DNA from: Felis catus
Lineage: Eukaryota
Reading direction: 5' to 3'
Length of the DNA stretch: 64,000 nucleotides
NCBI RefSeq assembly: GCF_018350175.1
Contig: NC_058368.1
Span: 1,364,001-1,428,000 of the forward strand
Shown here: in pieces, positions 12,673 through 24,989 of the stretch
How positions within the stretch are numbered: the first letter of the stretch is position 1
Layout: each line of letters starts with the position of its first letter
Program-made: the position numbers and the translations under genes
Notes under the pieces: generated by a model
What the model saw: only the letters and a program-made list of their open reading frames with translations
Database searches by the model: none
Told to the model about the DNA's origin: nothing

Positions 12673-13898
12673 CAAAAAAATATCCGGGGGAAAAGTATGT
12701 GGATAGACCTCTCTGAGTGGGCAAAAACAGGAAGGTATCTGTGTGCCATGTGAATGCTCACCAGAGGATGCCCTCAGCAGTGGAGGATTTAAATAATCAT
12801 GTGGATAGGATGACCCTTTCTGTAGCTATCATTCAGTGTCTTCCCTCAGCCACTCCTCTCATCACCCAGTAGACTCATGAACAAAGAGGCTGTACTGGAG
12901 GGGATGAAGGTTATGTATGGGCTCAACAACACAGACTTCCATTCACCAAGGTCAACATGGCTTTGGCCACCACTGAGTGCTCAATCTGCCAACAGCAGAG
13001 ATCATTAAGTCCCTGATAGGACACCATGCCCTGGAGTGATCAACCAGCTACCTGGTAACAGGTTACTGACATTGGACCACTTCAGTCATGGAAAGAGCAG
13101 CATTTTGTTCTTACTGGAAAAGACACACACTCTGGGTACGGATTTGCTCTCTGTGCATACAATGCTTCTGCCAAACTACTGTCCATGGAGTTACAGAATG
13201 CCTTACCCACCATCATAGTATTCTGCATAGTTTTGCTTTGGATACAGAAACTCACTTCATAGCAAATGAAGTAAAGCAATGGACCTATGCTCATGGAATT
13301 CACTGGTCATACCAGGTGCTGCACCATCCCAGAGCCGCTAGTTTGATAGAAGAGTGGAATGGCCTTTAAAAGACTCAGTTACAGTACCAGCTCAGTGGCA
13401 GTGCCTTTCAGGGCTGGGGCAAGGATCTTCAGGAGATTCCAGACTCTGAATCTGGATCCAATATACATGTTGTTTCTCCCAGCCAGGAGAAATCCAGCAA
13501 TCAAGGAGTAGAAATAGGAGTGATACCACTCACTATTACCCCTAGTAAACTGCTGGCAAAATGTTTGCTTCCTGTTCCTGTGAATTTATGCTCTGTTGGC
13601 CTACAGGTCTTTGTTCCAAAGGGAGAAATGTTTCCATCAGGAGACACAGCAATGATTCCACTGAACTGGAAGTGAAGACTGTCACCCGGGTACTTTGGGC
13701 CTCTCATGCTTTTGAATCAACAAACAAGGGAGTTACTGCACTAGCTAGGGTGATTGATTCTACTAGCTAGGGTGATTGATTCCATGAGGAAATTGGACTA
13801 TTCCTTTACAGTGGAGGTAAGGAAGAGTATGTGTGGAATACAGGAGATCCTTAGGACACCTCTTACTATTACCATGCCCTTTGATTAAAGTCAATGGA

Positions 13899-14120
13899 GG
13901 GCCACCTGAGTGGTTCAGTTGGTTGAGCATCCGACTTCAGCTCAGGTCATGGTGTCCCGGTTTGTGAATTCGAGCCCCGAGTAGGGCTTTATGTTGACAG
14001 CTCAGAGCCTGGAGCCCGTTTTGGATTCTGTGTCTCCCTCTCTCTCTGCTCCTCCCCCACTCACGTTCTGTCTCTCTGTCTCAAAACTAAACATTAAAAA
14101 AAATTAAATTAAAAAAAAAA
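13899..14120 (+). mobile_element. CanSINE within ERV-L
   Basis: TSD aagtcaatgga. Confidence 0.95.
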
Positions 14121-14673
14121 GTTAAGTCAATGGAAAACTACAACAACTCAATTCAAGCAAGAATATTAATGGCCCAGACCCTTAAATAATGAAGGTTTGG
14201 GTCATTCCACCAGGTGAAAAACCATGACCGGCTGAGGTGCTTATTGGGGTCAAAGAGAATATGAAATGGACAGTAGAAGAAGATTGTTATAAATACCAGC
14301 TACAACCATATGACTAGTTACAGAAATGAGGACTGTAATTGTCATATTTCTTCCTTATTTTGTTATGAATCTGTTTGTGTGTGAATATTTAGTCATATCT
14401 TTGTTTTCTTCTTTCTCTTATCATGTAACATCAGAAGCATTAATTTTATATCATAGTATTTAAGTATTGTTAACTTTATGTCATAGCATGTAAGTTATGA
14501 TATCAGGAAGGGTAAACATGACCCAAGGACTTTTGCATCCTTTTCTGTGAGAATTAGTATGTTTTTTATTATACACAGGACATTTGTAACATGTTTGTGT
14601 TATTGTCTTTATTCAGAGATTAAGTATGCTTTACAGAGATGTGTACATGTGCCAAGTTGACAAGGAGTGGACT

Positions 14674-14803
14674 TGTGATGGTTAATTTTATGTATCAATT
14701 TGTCTGGGCCATAGTGTCCAGATAGCTGGTCAAACTTTATTCTGGATGTTTCCATGAGGATGTTTTTTTAAATGAGATTAAAATTTAAACTGGTGGGTTT
14801 TGA
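14674..14803 (+). mobile_element. MLT2-type 3' LTR of ERV-L, truncated by the L1
   Basis: tgtgatggttaattttatgtatcaa directly after the polypurine tract. Confidence 0.85.
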
Positions 14804-15097
14804 GTTCTGGTTCAAGATGGCCATGTAGGAAGATCCTGAATTCATCTCCCACAGACATACAACTACATATGGAACAATTTCTCCTGAATAAAACCTAAAA
14901 ACTTGTGGAATAACTCCTATACATTGGACAAATGAGAGGGAAAAAAAAACACATTGAAGCAGGTAGGAGAGTCTGAGACAAAATCTTACTATAAATATAC
15001 CACCCCTGGTGCTGTGACCCACAGTTAGAAGGGAATTCAAAACCCAGGGCTTCTCTCTGAGTATTGAAGGGTTTGTAACTGACATCAAACACCTCAA

Positions 15098-15300
15098 CTT
15101 TTTTTTTTTAAGTTTATTTATTTATTTTGAGAGAGATAGAGCATGAGTGGGAGAGGGGTAGAGAGAGAGAGGGCTAGAGAGAATCCCAAGCAGGATCCAC
15201 ACTGTCAGCCCAGAGCCCCATGTGGGGCTCAACTGAGACCGTGACTTGAGCTGAAATCAAGAGTTGGATGCTTAACCGACTGAGCCACCCAGGTGACCCA
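15098..15300 (-). mobile_element. CanSINE within the L1 5'UTR
   Basis: Poly-T followed by antisense body. Confidence 0.93.
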
Positions 15301-17423
15301 AGCACATCAATTTTTAAGGCCTGAACCTGAAAGATGAACCCCTCAAAACATCTAGATTTAAAAACCAAGGGGGCTGATGTCCATGAGACCCACAAGGCTA
15401 TAGTGATCTGGGAAGCAGGTCTTAAAGGGCTCACATGCTCAGATTCATTCACCCTAAGTCCCAGCTCAGAAACAGCCAATTGCCCAGATTTTATGTGAAA
15501 GAAACTCATTTGCTAATTTTAAAGCATGAGTCTGAAGGGCAGGCATCTAAGGTAACACAATTTTGTGACTGCTGCCAGTGGAAACCTCTATATCATCCGG
15601 CTCTGGTGTAACCACAGTGAGAATTCTTAAACAGCTACCCCCTCAAGCCACAGAAAGAAGCAACAGACCCAGGAGCCTGGTTTTTCTGTAAAAGAGGCTT
15701 ATTAGCTTATCATCACTGCTGCAGCCTGAGGGGCATGCTCCTAACTAGAGACATCTAAGGGCCATAATCCTCTCCAGAGACCTTGGAAGGTGAGCACTGA
15801 CAATGTTCTCTTCCCCTGCCATGCTCCAGAGCACCAGTACCTCTCAGAGGGAAGTGATTACATGCATCTGCTGCCCCAGTTTCTGTGGTCACCACCAGGG
15901 AACAAGCCTTGATTGCCTGGCTCTAGTGACCAGGGGGACTGTGTTCATGAGTCACACAGGACTGTAACAATTAAGACAGTTCTTGGCAGACTACCACTCT
16001 AGGGCACTACACAGACAGTAGACTGAAACACACTTAGCCTTTCTGTGAAAGAGGCCTATTTGTTTGTCCTGGAGCTTCAGGTTCAGCACACATCTATAGG
16101 CCTGCAGAGGAGACCTCAAAGAATATAGGCCAGTGGACACCATCTTTGGGATCCCCCTCTGTCTCATCACAGCTCACCAGTATCTCCCAGGAAGGAGCCT
16201 GTACATCTCTGGAACCCCAATTTTTGTGACTGTTACCAAGGGCATACCTCCAGGTCATCTGGCTTTGGTATTCAGCAGGACTTACACTTGTGGGCCCACA
16301 GACTCTATACATTTTCATGCTTTAGGAGCTACTGCCTGAGGGTCTGGCTTCCAATCAGCTTGAATCTAGGTGCTTACTGAGCTCTTCCCCTTTGAAACAC
16401 CAACAGGTCTTAGTACCCCTTCAACTACTGGGACCCATTAAAAATTACATAGGCTGCTTGGTCAATCACAAAGATTTGAGAGGCAGCTAAGGCAGGGTTG
16501 AACAATAAAGCTCATCTCCTATATTCCTTGTAGGGGTCTCACTCAAGACTGAGGGAGATGGTTATTTCATCTAATATTTAGAAAACAACACAGAGAGTCA
16601 AGCAAAATTTTAAAACAGAAGAATTTGTTCCAAATACAAGAATAAGATAAAATCTTAGAAACAAACCTTAACAAAATGGAGATCAGTAATTTTCCTGATA
16701 AAAGGTCATAATGATGCTCAGTGAACTTGGGAGACAGTGATGGGATGAACACAGTAATAACTTCAAACAAAGAGATAGAAAACAGGGCAGTGGAATTTAT
16801 CCAATCAGAGAAGCAAAAAGAAAAAAGTATTTTTAAAAAGTGACTAAAACTTAAGGGACTTAGGGGACAAGTGGACTTACACTCACACTGTAGGGGTCCC
16901 TAAAGGAGAAGAGAGAGAGAAATGGGCAGAAAAACTGTTTTGAAAAAAATGGCTGAAAACTTTCATAACCTGGGAAAAGAAACAGACATCCTGCTCCGGG
17001 AAGCTCAGAGAGTTCCAAGCAAGGGAAACTCAAAGAGACCCACACCAAGACATATTATAATTAAAATGTCAAAAGTTAAAGATGAGGAGATAATCTCAAA
17101 AGGAGCAAAAGACAAATAACTTGTTATGTATGAGAGAACACCCATAAGATTATCAGCAGATTTTTCAGCAGAAACTTTGCAGGCCAGGAGGAAGTAGTGT
17201 GATAAATTCAAAGTGTTAAGAGAAAAAAAACTCCCAACCATACTCTACCCAGCAGTTTTCATTCAGAATTGAAGGAGGCATAAAAACTTTTCCAGACAAG
17301 TAAATGCTAAAGGAGTTGATCACCACCAAATTAGCTCTATAAGAAATGTTAAAAGAACTTCTTTAAGCTGAAAAGAAAGGCCACTAATAACTAACTAGAA
17401 AACATATATAAAAGTATAAATTT

Positions 17424-17630
17424 GGGGGCACTTGGGTGGCTCAGTCGGTCAAGTGTCCAGCCTTTGATTTTAGCTCAGGTCATGATCTCATGATTCATGA
17501 AACTGAGTCCGGCATCAGGCTCTGTGCTGACAGAAACGAGCCTGCTTGGGATTCTCTCTCTTTCCTCTCTCTGCCTCTCCTCCGATTTATACTCCCCCTC
17601 TCAAAATAAGTAAATAAACAATTTTTTAAA
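17424..17630 (+). mobile_element. CanSINE within L1
   Basis: TSD aaaagtataaat. Confidence 0.95.
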
Positions 17631-17881
17631 AAGTATAAATCTCACTGGTAAAGGTAAATATAAATATATCCTATTATCCACATTACAATTAGTATCACGA
17701 TTAAAATACAAAAGTATTAAAAATATAACTACAATAATTAGTTAAAGGATACACAAAACAAAAAGATATAAAATGTGACATCAAAAATATAAAACATGGG
17801 AGAGGGGAGATAAAAATGGAAGAGATTTGGAATGGATTCAAACTTAGATAACAACTTAAAATAGATATGCCTCATGGTAAC

Positions 17882-18240
17882 TGTTGCATCCACACGACTC
17901 CTGAAACAGAATGCTACAGGCACCAGTGACAGTCACAACAAAGTTTATTGCAATGAGAGGGCAGCCTTGAACAGCTGGGGTACAGAGTTTTTATAGCCGA
18001 CCACATCGTCTTATCATCACCTAGGAACAGATCAAAGAAATAGTTCCCAGATGGGGGTGAAAACAGTTCAGACATGCCCTTGCTCCAATCCAATCAAATA
18101 CTAATCCAGTTGATTTTCCTTGAACTTTTGTTCCCTTGATTGCTAGGACAAGGCTGTTATCTCTTAACCTATAGTGTCAAAACAAAGCTGTTATTTCTCA
18201 AGGCTACAGGTTAGCCCTATACTACAATTTAACCCTTACA
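17882..18240 (-). mobile_element. Solo LTR, 359 bp
   Basis: TG...CA ends, 5-bp TSD GTAAC (17877-17881 and 18241-18245). Minus strand has TATAAAAA near 17990 and AATAAA near 17946. Confidence 0.88.
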
Positions 18241-19269
18241 GTAACAACAAAGCAAAAACATCTATATCTATCTATCTATATATATGTAAGCCTCATGGTA
18301 ACAACAAAGCAAAAACATCTAGTAGATACTAAAGATAAAGAGAAAGGAATCTAAACATACCACTAAAAACAGTCACCAAACCACAAAGAAAGAGAGCAAG
18401 AGAAGTAAGGAATAGAGAGGAAATACAGAACAACAAGAAGACAATTAACAAAATGGCAATAGGAACACACCTTTCGATAATTATTTTCAATGTAAATGGA
18501 CTAAATTCTTTAATCAAAATACATAAAGTGGCTAAATGGATTAAAAAAGAAAAATACCCATCTATATGCTGCCCACAAGAGAGTCACTTCAGATGTAAGG
18601 ACACACCACACACGGACTGAAAGTGAAGGGATAGAAAAATATATTCCATGAAAATGTAAACAAAAAGGAAGCTGGGGCAGCTATACTTATATCAGACAAA
18701 TTAAACTTTAAAACAAAGGCTATAATAAGAGACAAAGACACTACATAATGATTAAGCGATCAAACGAGGGGATATAACATTTGTAAATATTGAAGCACAC
18801 AACATAAAGCACCTAAATATATAAAGCAAATATTAATACAAAAGAGAAAAATAGGCACTGACATATTAATATCAGGGGATTTTAATACCCCACTTTCACC
18901 AATAGATGGATCATCCACACAGAAAATCAATAAAGATACATTGGCCTTAGACAACACATTAGACCAGATGGATTTAACAAATATATACAGAACATTCCAT
19001 CCCAAAGCAACAGAAAACATTCATCTCAATATTAATATTGAGAACTAAAACACATTCTTCACAGTCTGAATAAATTTAAGATGAAAATCATTTTAAGCAT
19101 CTTTTCTGACCACAATAGTATGGAACTAGAAATAAATTATAAGAAGAAAGACAAGAAAATTAACAAATTTGTGGAGATTTAAGAACATGCTACCAAACAA
19201 CCAATAAGTCAGCAAATAAATCAAAAGAGAAAACAAAAATACCTTGAGACACATGAAAATGGAAATACA

Positions 19270-20430
19270 ATGAATTAAGGACCTAAATGTGAGGCCTGAA
19301 ACCATAAAAATCATAGAAGAGAGCACAGGCAGTAATTTCAAGCAGTAATTTCTCTGACATTGACTGTAACAACATTTTTCTAGTTATGTCTCTTGAGTCA
19401 AGGGAAACAAAAACAAAAACAAAAACAAACCATTGGGACTACATCAAAATAAAAAGCTTCTACATAGCAAACAACCAACAAAACTAAAAGACAACCTACT
19501 GGATGGGAGATGTTTGCAAATGACATATTGACGAAAGGTTAGTATTCAAAATAAATAAAGAACTTATAAAACTCAACCCCAAAAAACAAATAATCCAATT
19601 TAAAATGGGGAGAAGACATGAACAGACATTTCTCCAAAGAAGACATACAAATGGCCAACAAACATGAAAAGATGCTCAACATAACTCATTATTAGGGAAA
19701 TGCAAATCAAAGCCACAATAAGATACCACCTCATACCTGTAAGAATGGCTAAAATCAAAATCACAAGAAACAACAAGTGTTGGTGAGGATGTGGAGAAAA
19801 AGGAACCCTCGTACACTGTTGGTGGGAATGCAAACTGGTGCAGCTACTGTGGAAGACAATATGGAGGTTTCTCAAAAAATTAAAAATAGAACTACTAACC
19901 AGTAATACCACCATAGGTATTTACCCAAAGAATACTAAAACACTAATTTGAAGGATATAGGCACCCCATATTTATAGCAGCATTAGTTGCAGTAGCCAAA
20001 TTATGTAAGCAGCCCATGTCCATCGATAGATGAATGGATAAAGAGGAGGTGGTTTCTATATACAATGGAACATTACTCAGCCATGAAAAAGAGTGGAATC
20101 TTGCCATTTGCAACAACACGGATAGAACTAGAGAGTATAACGCTAAGCAAAATAAGCCAGTCAGAGAAAAGACGAATACCATATGATTTCACTCATATGT
20201 GGAATTTAAGAAACAAGAAAGAGACTCTTAACAATCGAGAACAAACTGAAGGTTACCAGAGGAGAGGTGGGTGGGGGGAATGGGTGCAAGAAGTGAAGGG
20301 AATTAAGAGGACACTTACCTTGATGAGTACTGAGTAATATATGGAATTGTTGAATCACTGTATGATACACCTGAAACTAAAATAACACTGTATGATAATT
20401 ATCATGGAATTAAAAAGAAAAGAAATAAAA
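19270..20430 (+). mobile_element. 5'-truncated younger L1 nested in ORF2 of the host L1
   Basis: 15-bp TSD gaaaatggaaataca (19255-19269 and 20431-20445); ORF2 C-terminus, 3'UTR and A tail. Confidence 0.92.
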
Positions 20431-21352
20431 GAAAATGGAAATACAGCATACCAAAACTTATGGCAGTGTGGTAAAGCAGTTCTAAGAGGGAAGTCCCTAG
20501 CATAAATGCCTACATTAAGAAAGAAGAACAATCTCAAATAAACAAACTTTACACCTCAATGAACTAGAAAAGAAAAACAAATGAAACCCCAAATTTGTAG
20601 AAGGAAGGAAATAACAAAGATCAGAGCACAAATAAATGAAAGACACTTAAAAAACAACAGAAAAAATCAATAAAACTAAGAGCTGGTTCTTTGAAAAGGT
20701 AAGCAAAATTCACCAATCTTTAGCTAGACTCACCAGAGAAAAAGAAAAAAAACTGAAATAAAATAAAAAATAAAAAAGTAGGTGTTACAACTGATACCAC
20801 AGAAATACAAGGGATCATAAGAGAGTACTAGGAATATTTATGCACCAACAAATCTGCCAATCTATAAGAAATGGATAAGTCCCTAGAAACATACAACCTA
20901 CCAAGACTGAATGATGAGGAAATATAAAACTCCACAGACTGATTATTAGTAAGGAGACTGAGTCATAATCAAAAACCTCCCTACAAACAAAAGTCCAAAC
21001 ATTCAAAGAAAAATTAATACTAATACATCTTAAACTCCTCCAAAAAAAAAAAAAAATAGAAGAGGGAATTTACAAGGCCAACATTACCCTGATGCCAAAA
21101 CCAGACAAGGATGCCACAAGAATAGAAATCCCAGGCCAGTATCCCTGAATGCAAAAATCCCTAAAAAATATTAGCAAATCAAATTCAACAATACATTAAA
21201 AGGATCATACATCATTATCAAGTAGCATTTATTGCCGGGATGCAAGGATGGTTCAACATCCACAAACCAATCAATGTGATACAGCATGCTCACAAAATGA
21301 AGAATAAAAATTATACGATCATCTCAATAGATGCAGGAAAATCATGTGACAA

Positions 21353-22050
21353 AATTGCAATCCCTGTCAAAATGCCAACAGCATTTTTCACAGGATTAGA
21401 ACAAATAATCATAAAAGTTGTACAGAACTACAAATAATCTCAAATAGCTAAAACAATCTTGAGAAAGAAGAACAAAGCTGGAGGCATCACAGTCCCAGAT
21501 TTGAAGAGCAAATATAAATTTGTAGTAATCAAAACAATATGATACTAGCACACAAAAAAATGAAAAGATCAATGGAACAGAATGGAGAGTTTACAAATAA
21601 ACCCATTATATGGTTAATTAATCTATGGCAAAAGAGGCAAGAATATACAATGGGGAAAATACAGCCTCTTTAATAAGTGGTGCTTGCAAAGCTGGACAGC
21701 TACATGTAAAAGAATGAAACTGGACCACCTTCTAACACCAGGCACAAAAACAAACTCAAAATGGGTTATATACCTACGTGTGAGACCCGAAACCATAAAA
21801 ATCCTAGAAGAGAACACAGGCAATCATTTCTCTGACATCAGCCGTAGCAACATTTTTCTAGATATGTCTCCTAAAGCAAGGGAAACAAAAGCAAAAATAA
21901 ACTGTTGGGACTACATCAAAAATGTAATCACCATATTATACACCTGAAACTAATACAACACTCTATGTTAACTATACTGGAATTGAAAGTTTAAAACTTA
22001 ATTTAAAAAAAGCTACTTGCAAGCTATAAAAAAATAATAATGACAATAAT
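21353..22050 (+). mobile_element. Second nested, internally deleted L1 3' fragment
   Basis: Host RT breaks at ..DKI and jumps to IPVKMPTAFF. Own 3'UTR end near 22010. Host resumes near 22056. Confidence 0.7.
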
Positions 22051-22599
22051 AATAAATCTCACAGCTGACATCAGAATAGTAAAAGGCTGAAAGTTTTTTC
22101 TCTAAGATCAAGAATAAGACAAGGAAGTCCACTCTCTTATGATTTTATTAATATGTAGAATAAAAGAAATTCAAGGATACAGAGAACAGATTGGTGGTTG
22201 CCAGAGGTGGGTGATGGGCTGTAGGTGAGATGGGTCAAAAGGGGTCAAACTTCCATTTATAAAATAAATAAGTCTGAGGATGTAATGTACAGCATGGTGA
22301 CTATAGTAAATAATACTGTATTGCATATTTGAAAGTTGCTAAAACAGTAGATTTTAAAAGTTCTCATCACAAGAAAAAAATTTTGTAACTGTGTTTCGTG
22401 ATGGATATTACCTTGTGATGATTGTTTTGCAATATATACAAATAATGAATCATCATGTTGTGTATCTGACACGAATATGATGTTATATGTAAATCATACC
22501 TCAGTTTTAAAAAATGAAAATAAGAAAATAAAACGTATGCAAGCCCCCGAATGAAAGGACATGGCTAGCTCAAGCCACGCCTCCACGGTGTCACTGGCA

Positions 22600-22706
22600 A
22601 CAAAGGACAGACTTTCGGGTGAACTTTGTGCACCTGCTCCTGCACTGTTGGTCTGTAAAATCTCTGTATTCTGAGTTTAAGAGATTGGGGAAACTTCGCA
22701 GAATGC
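22600..22706 (+). pseudogene. Candidate exon remnant (RLSGELCAPAPALLVCKISVF*)
   Basis: ELC-x3-P-x5-KIS has the same spacing as recalled RGSL1 ELCYKNPKMAIQKIS. Boundaries uncertain. Confidence 0.45.
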
Positions 22707-22869
22707 GTGTGTGAGTGGACTCCACATCTGGTCTGTAGCCTATCAGAAATGATGTAGAAATCTAGGAAGTCCAATTACTTTCCAAAAGTTGGCCCCAAAT
22801 GGAAACTGAAGATTTAAGTAGGGAGAGGGGAGCACTCATATTCACTGTCTTGTGAGGGAAGCCTAGTGA

Positions 22870-23062
22870 TTAGGGTTAAGATTAGGGTTAGGGTTAGGAT
22901 TAGGGTCAGGGTTAGGGTTAGGATTAGGGTCAGGGTCAAGGTGAGGGTTAGGGTTAGGGTTAGGGGTTAGGGTTAGGGGTTAGGGTTAGGGTTAGGATTA
23001 GAGTCAGGGTTAGGGTTAGGATTAGGGTGAAGTTTAGGGTAGGGTTAAGGTTAGGGTTGGGG
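22870..23062 (+). repeat. Interstitial telomeric sequence (TTAGGG)n, about 32 units with variants
   Basis: Directly visible TTAGGG, TTAGGA, TCAGGG, TGAGGG and TTAGGGG units, all in one orientation. Confidence 0.98.
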
Positions 23063-23074
23063 TACTAAGCCACT

Positions 23075-23325
23075 ATTACTGGTATTGTAGCCCAGTAGTC
23101 AGCTTTGAAATCAACTCTGTGCGTCACAACCAGAATTTTCCAAGTAATCAGACCAAAGCAAAGTTAAAATATCAGTGTGCACGTTATGTTGCAACGCACT
23201 GGTCTGTATCGTTAGATATTTACATGTAAGTGTGCACTCTTGCATAAATACACATTTGGTGGTCACAATATACAATATGTCTCTTACTATAGATTAAAGT
23301 CTGAACAGGTTGAAAAGTAATGCAG
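23075..23325. mobile_element. Probable hAT-Charlie MITE remnant next to the telomeric array
   Basis: tgaaatcaactctgtgcgtcacaaccag..aaaatatcagtgtgca; similar to about 43310-43420. Confidence 0.4.
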
Positions 23326-23444
23326 AAGTTAATGCTATCAGATGATTGAATGAGTGTCAGGCTCAGAATGTTAGGTTTTGCTTCTCTTCAGGATACCGGT
23401 TTTATCAAGTCACCTATTTTTTCCTGTTCTGCTTTTGTCTTTAG

Positions 23445-23641
23445 CAATCACCCCTCAGATCTCCTTGAGAAGTCAGGAATGAGTGGGTAAAGGTTTAAGC
23501 GGTGCTTCTGTGTCATTTCACAAGTTAAATAAGAGGAATGAGGTGGGAGTATGGAAAGGGTAGACAGCTCATGGTTCCTGGTGAAGAGCTCAAGGGGCTT
23601 AGAACTTCTCTTTTGTCAGAGAACAATCTTGGTACCTCCAG
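23445..23641 (+). pseudogene. Two small candidate exons (23445-23486 and 23620-23641)
   Basis: Acceptors cttttgtctttag and ctcttttgtcag, donors gtaaag and gtgaga. The second reads RTILVPP. Confidence 0.4.
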
Positions 23642-23942
23642 GTGAGAGGCAGAAAGTGCTAAGACAGTCATCATAAGCCTGCCATCAGCTCCCACCCACA
23701 TTCCTCTGCCCCCACCCTGTCCCCCGGGTGCTGACTTCAGAATGAAGTCAATTTTGATGTTAGCCAAGATAGGAGGATTCTGTTCACATCTGTTGAAGTT
23801 CTCCTAATTACTTTAATAAGTTCGGGTGGGGCATGATTACAAGACGAGGCATTCTAAATCCCAAGTTTCATGTTTATTGCTGGGCCAGTTGGCTACATGA
23901 CCCCTGCAAAGCGAATTATTCACATTGATTTATTTTCTGCAA

Positions 23943-24201
23943 TTACGACATATGAATGTTGGCCTCTTGTCTCCTACAAGTTGTGAAAATACCTAAGATA
24001 TTTTTGAAGATATAATATGGAAGTCATTCCATAGAGTAAATACACTGCATTATTACAGTATTATCAGTATGGAGGAGGCTCATTGAAGTTTTTCCCAGTG
24101 TGAATTAAAACAATTAATGTGGTTTACAAACTTTGTTGTTATCAAATGCCAAGAAGTCACCTGAAAATTATTTCTCTTCAGAGTTCTCTGGCTTAGAATA
24201 T
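23943..24201 (+). pseudogene. Candidate decayed exon, RGS-like domain
   Basis: Acceptor apparently mutated (ttttctgcaa). Frameshifted pieces LRHMNVGLLSPTSCE / VIP*SKYTALLQ / IISME / INVVYK / SPENY are collinear with recalled RGSL1 PRNLTEVLLN..KIPLQFLTAVQKISIE..IENVIK..SPEEM. Confidence 0.45.
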
Positions 24202-24566
24202 GTATTTTTAAGCAGTATCATTTTTATAAGCTTTAGTGAACATTCCAGTGGGGAAAAAAGAGGAAGGAGAGGGAATTAGGAAAAAAAAAAAAAAGAAAAC
24301 TAGATTTAATAGAAGCGTTAAACCTGAAAGAAAAGCTACCAGCAAGGTGGGAGGGAGAGTCCAAGTGCAAAAAGCAGGAGAAAACAATACAAGGATTAAA
24401 GATACTTTATTTCTCTTTTAAATATCATTTTAAAACATAAAAAAACAAAAGTGTCTCCTTTTATCATGGAACCCCCATTAGGCAACCCTGGGAACCCCCT
24501 AGAGTGAAGGTTGAGAAACAGATTTGGGACACAAAAGAACAGCACTTTGTATTCTGATGTTGGAAG

Positions 24567-24724
24567 GCTATCATCAGAGTAGTAAGCTGGTAAGAAATGT
24601 AAACAGTTCTTCTAAGACTTCTTGTTCATCGAGGAGTTTGTAAAATTCATCAGGAATTTCTGAAACAGCCGAATCTCAAGGATTCTCATTTCCTTGTGTA
24701 GTTACTCTGTGATGGCTCTTATTG
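24567..24724 (+). pseudogene. Candidate decayed exon
   Basis: Reads AIIRVVSW*EM*TVLLRLLVHRGVCKIHQEFLKQ. Weak acceptor, donor TTG|gtaaat. Confidence 0.3.
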
Positions 24725-24762
24725 GTAAATAATCTACTGAGTTACTGATTGACATGTAAAGA

Positions 24763-24987
24763 TTTTTTTTTTTAATTTTTTTTTTCAACGTTTATTTATT
24801 TTTGGGACAGAGAGAGACAGAGCGTGAACGGGGGAGGGGCAGAGAGAGAGGGAGACACAGAATCGGAAACAGGCTCCAGGCTCTGAGCCATCAGCCCAGA
24901 GCCCGACGCAGGGCTCCAAATCACGGACCGCGAGATCGTGACCTGGCTGAAGTCGGACGCTTAACGACTGCGCCACCCAGGCGCCCC
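24763..24987 (-). mobile_element. Young CanSINE
   Basis: TSD gacatgtaaagatttt. Confidence 0.97.
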
Positions 24988-24989
24988 AA

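Larger units (their letters stand above)
12469..14673 (+). mobile_element. ERV-L (HERV-L/MERV-L-like) internal region: RNase H, integrase and dUTPase, decayed
   Basis: Integrase-like FIANEVKQWTYAHGIHWSYQVLHHPRAASLIEEWNGL; dUTPase-like PSGDTAMIPLNWK; polypurine tract aaggagtgg at 14662. Confidence 0.92.
14802..22530 (+). mobile_element. LINE-1 (5'UTR, ORF1, ORF2 endonuclease and RT start, internal deletion, 3'UTR), decayed, hosting nested insertions
   Basis: caagatggc start; ORF1 peptide RPTPRHIIIKMSKVKD; ORF2 start near 18453; MQGWFNIHKPINVI; 3'UTR 22140-22530. Confidence 0.93.

Noticed and set aside
13741..13783. Short direct duplications (also near 44885-44948, 45600-45650 and 48483-48519)
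   Set aside because: Two-copy slippage duplications; not arrays and nothing CRISPR-like.
16922..21947. Active L1 ORF1/ORF2
   Set aside because: Fragmented by stops, frameshifts, nested insertions and deletion.
22870..23062. Telomere-telomere chromosome fusion site
   Set aside because: No inverted (CCCTAA)n half, and candidate exons continue collinearly on both sides.
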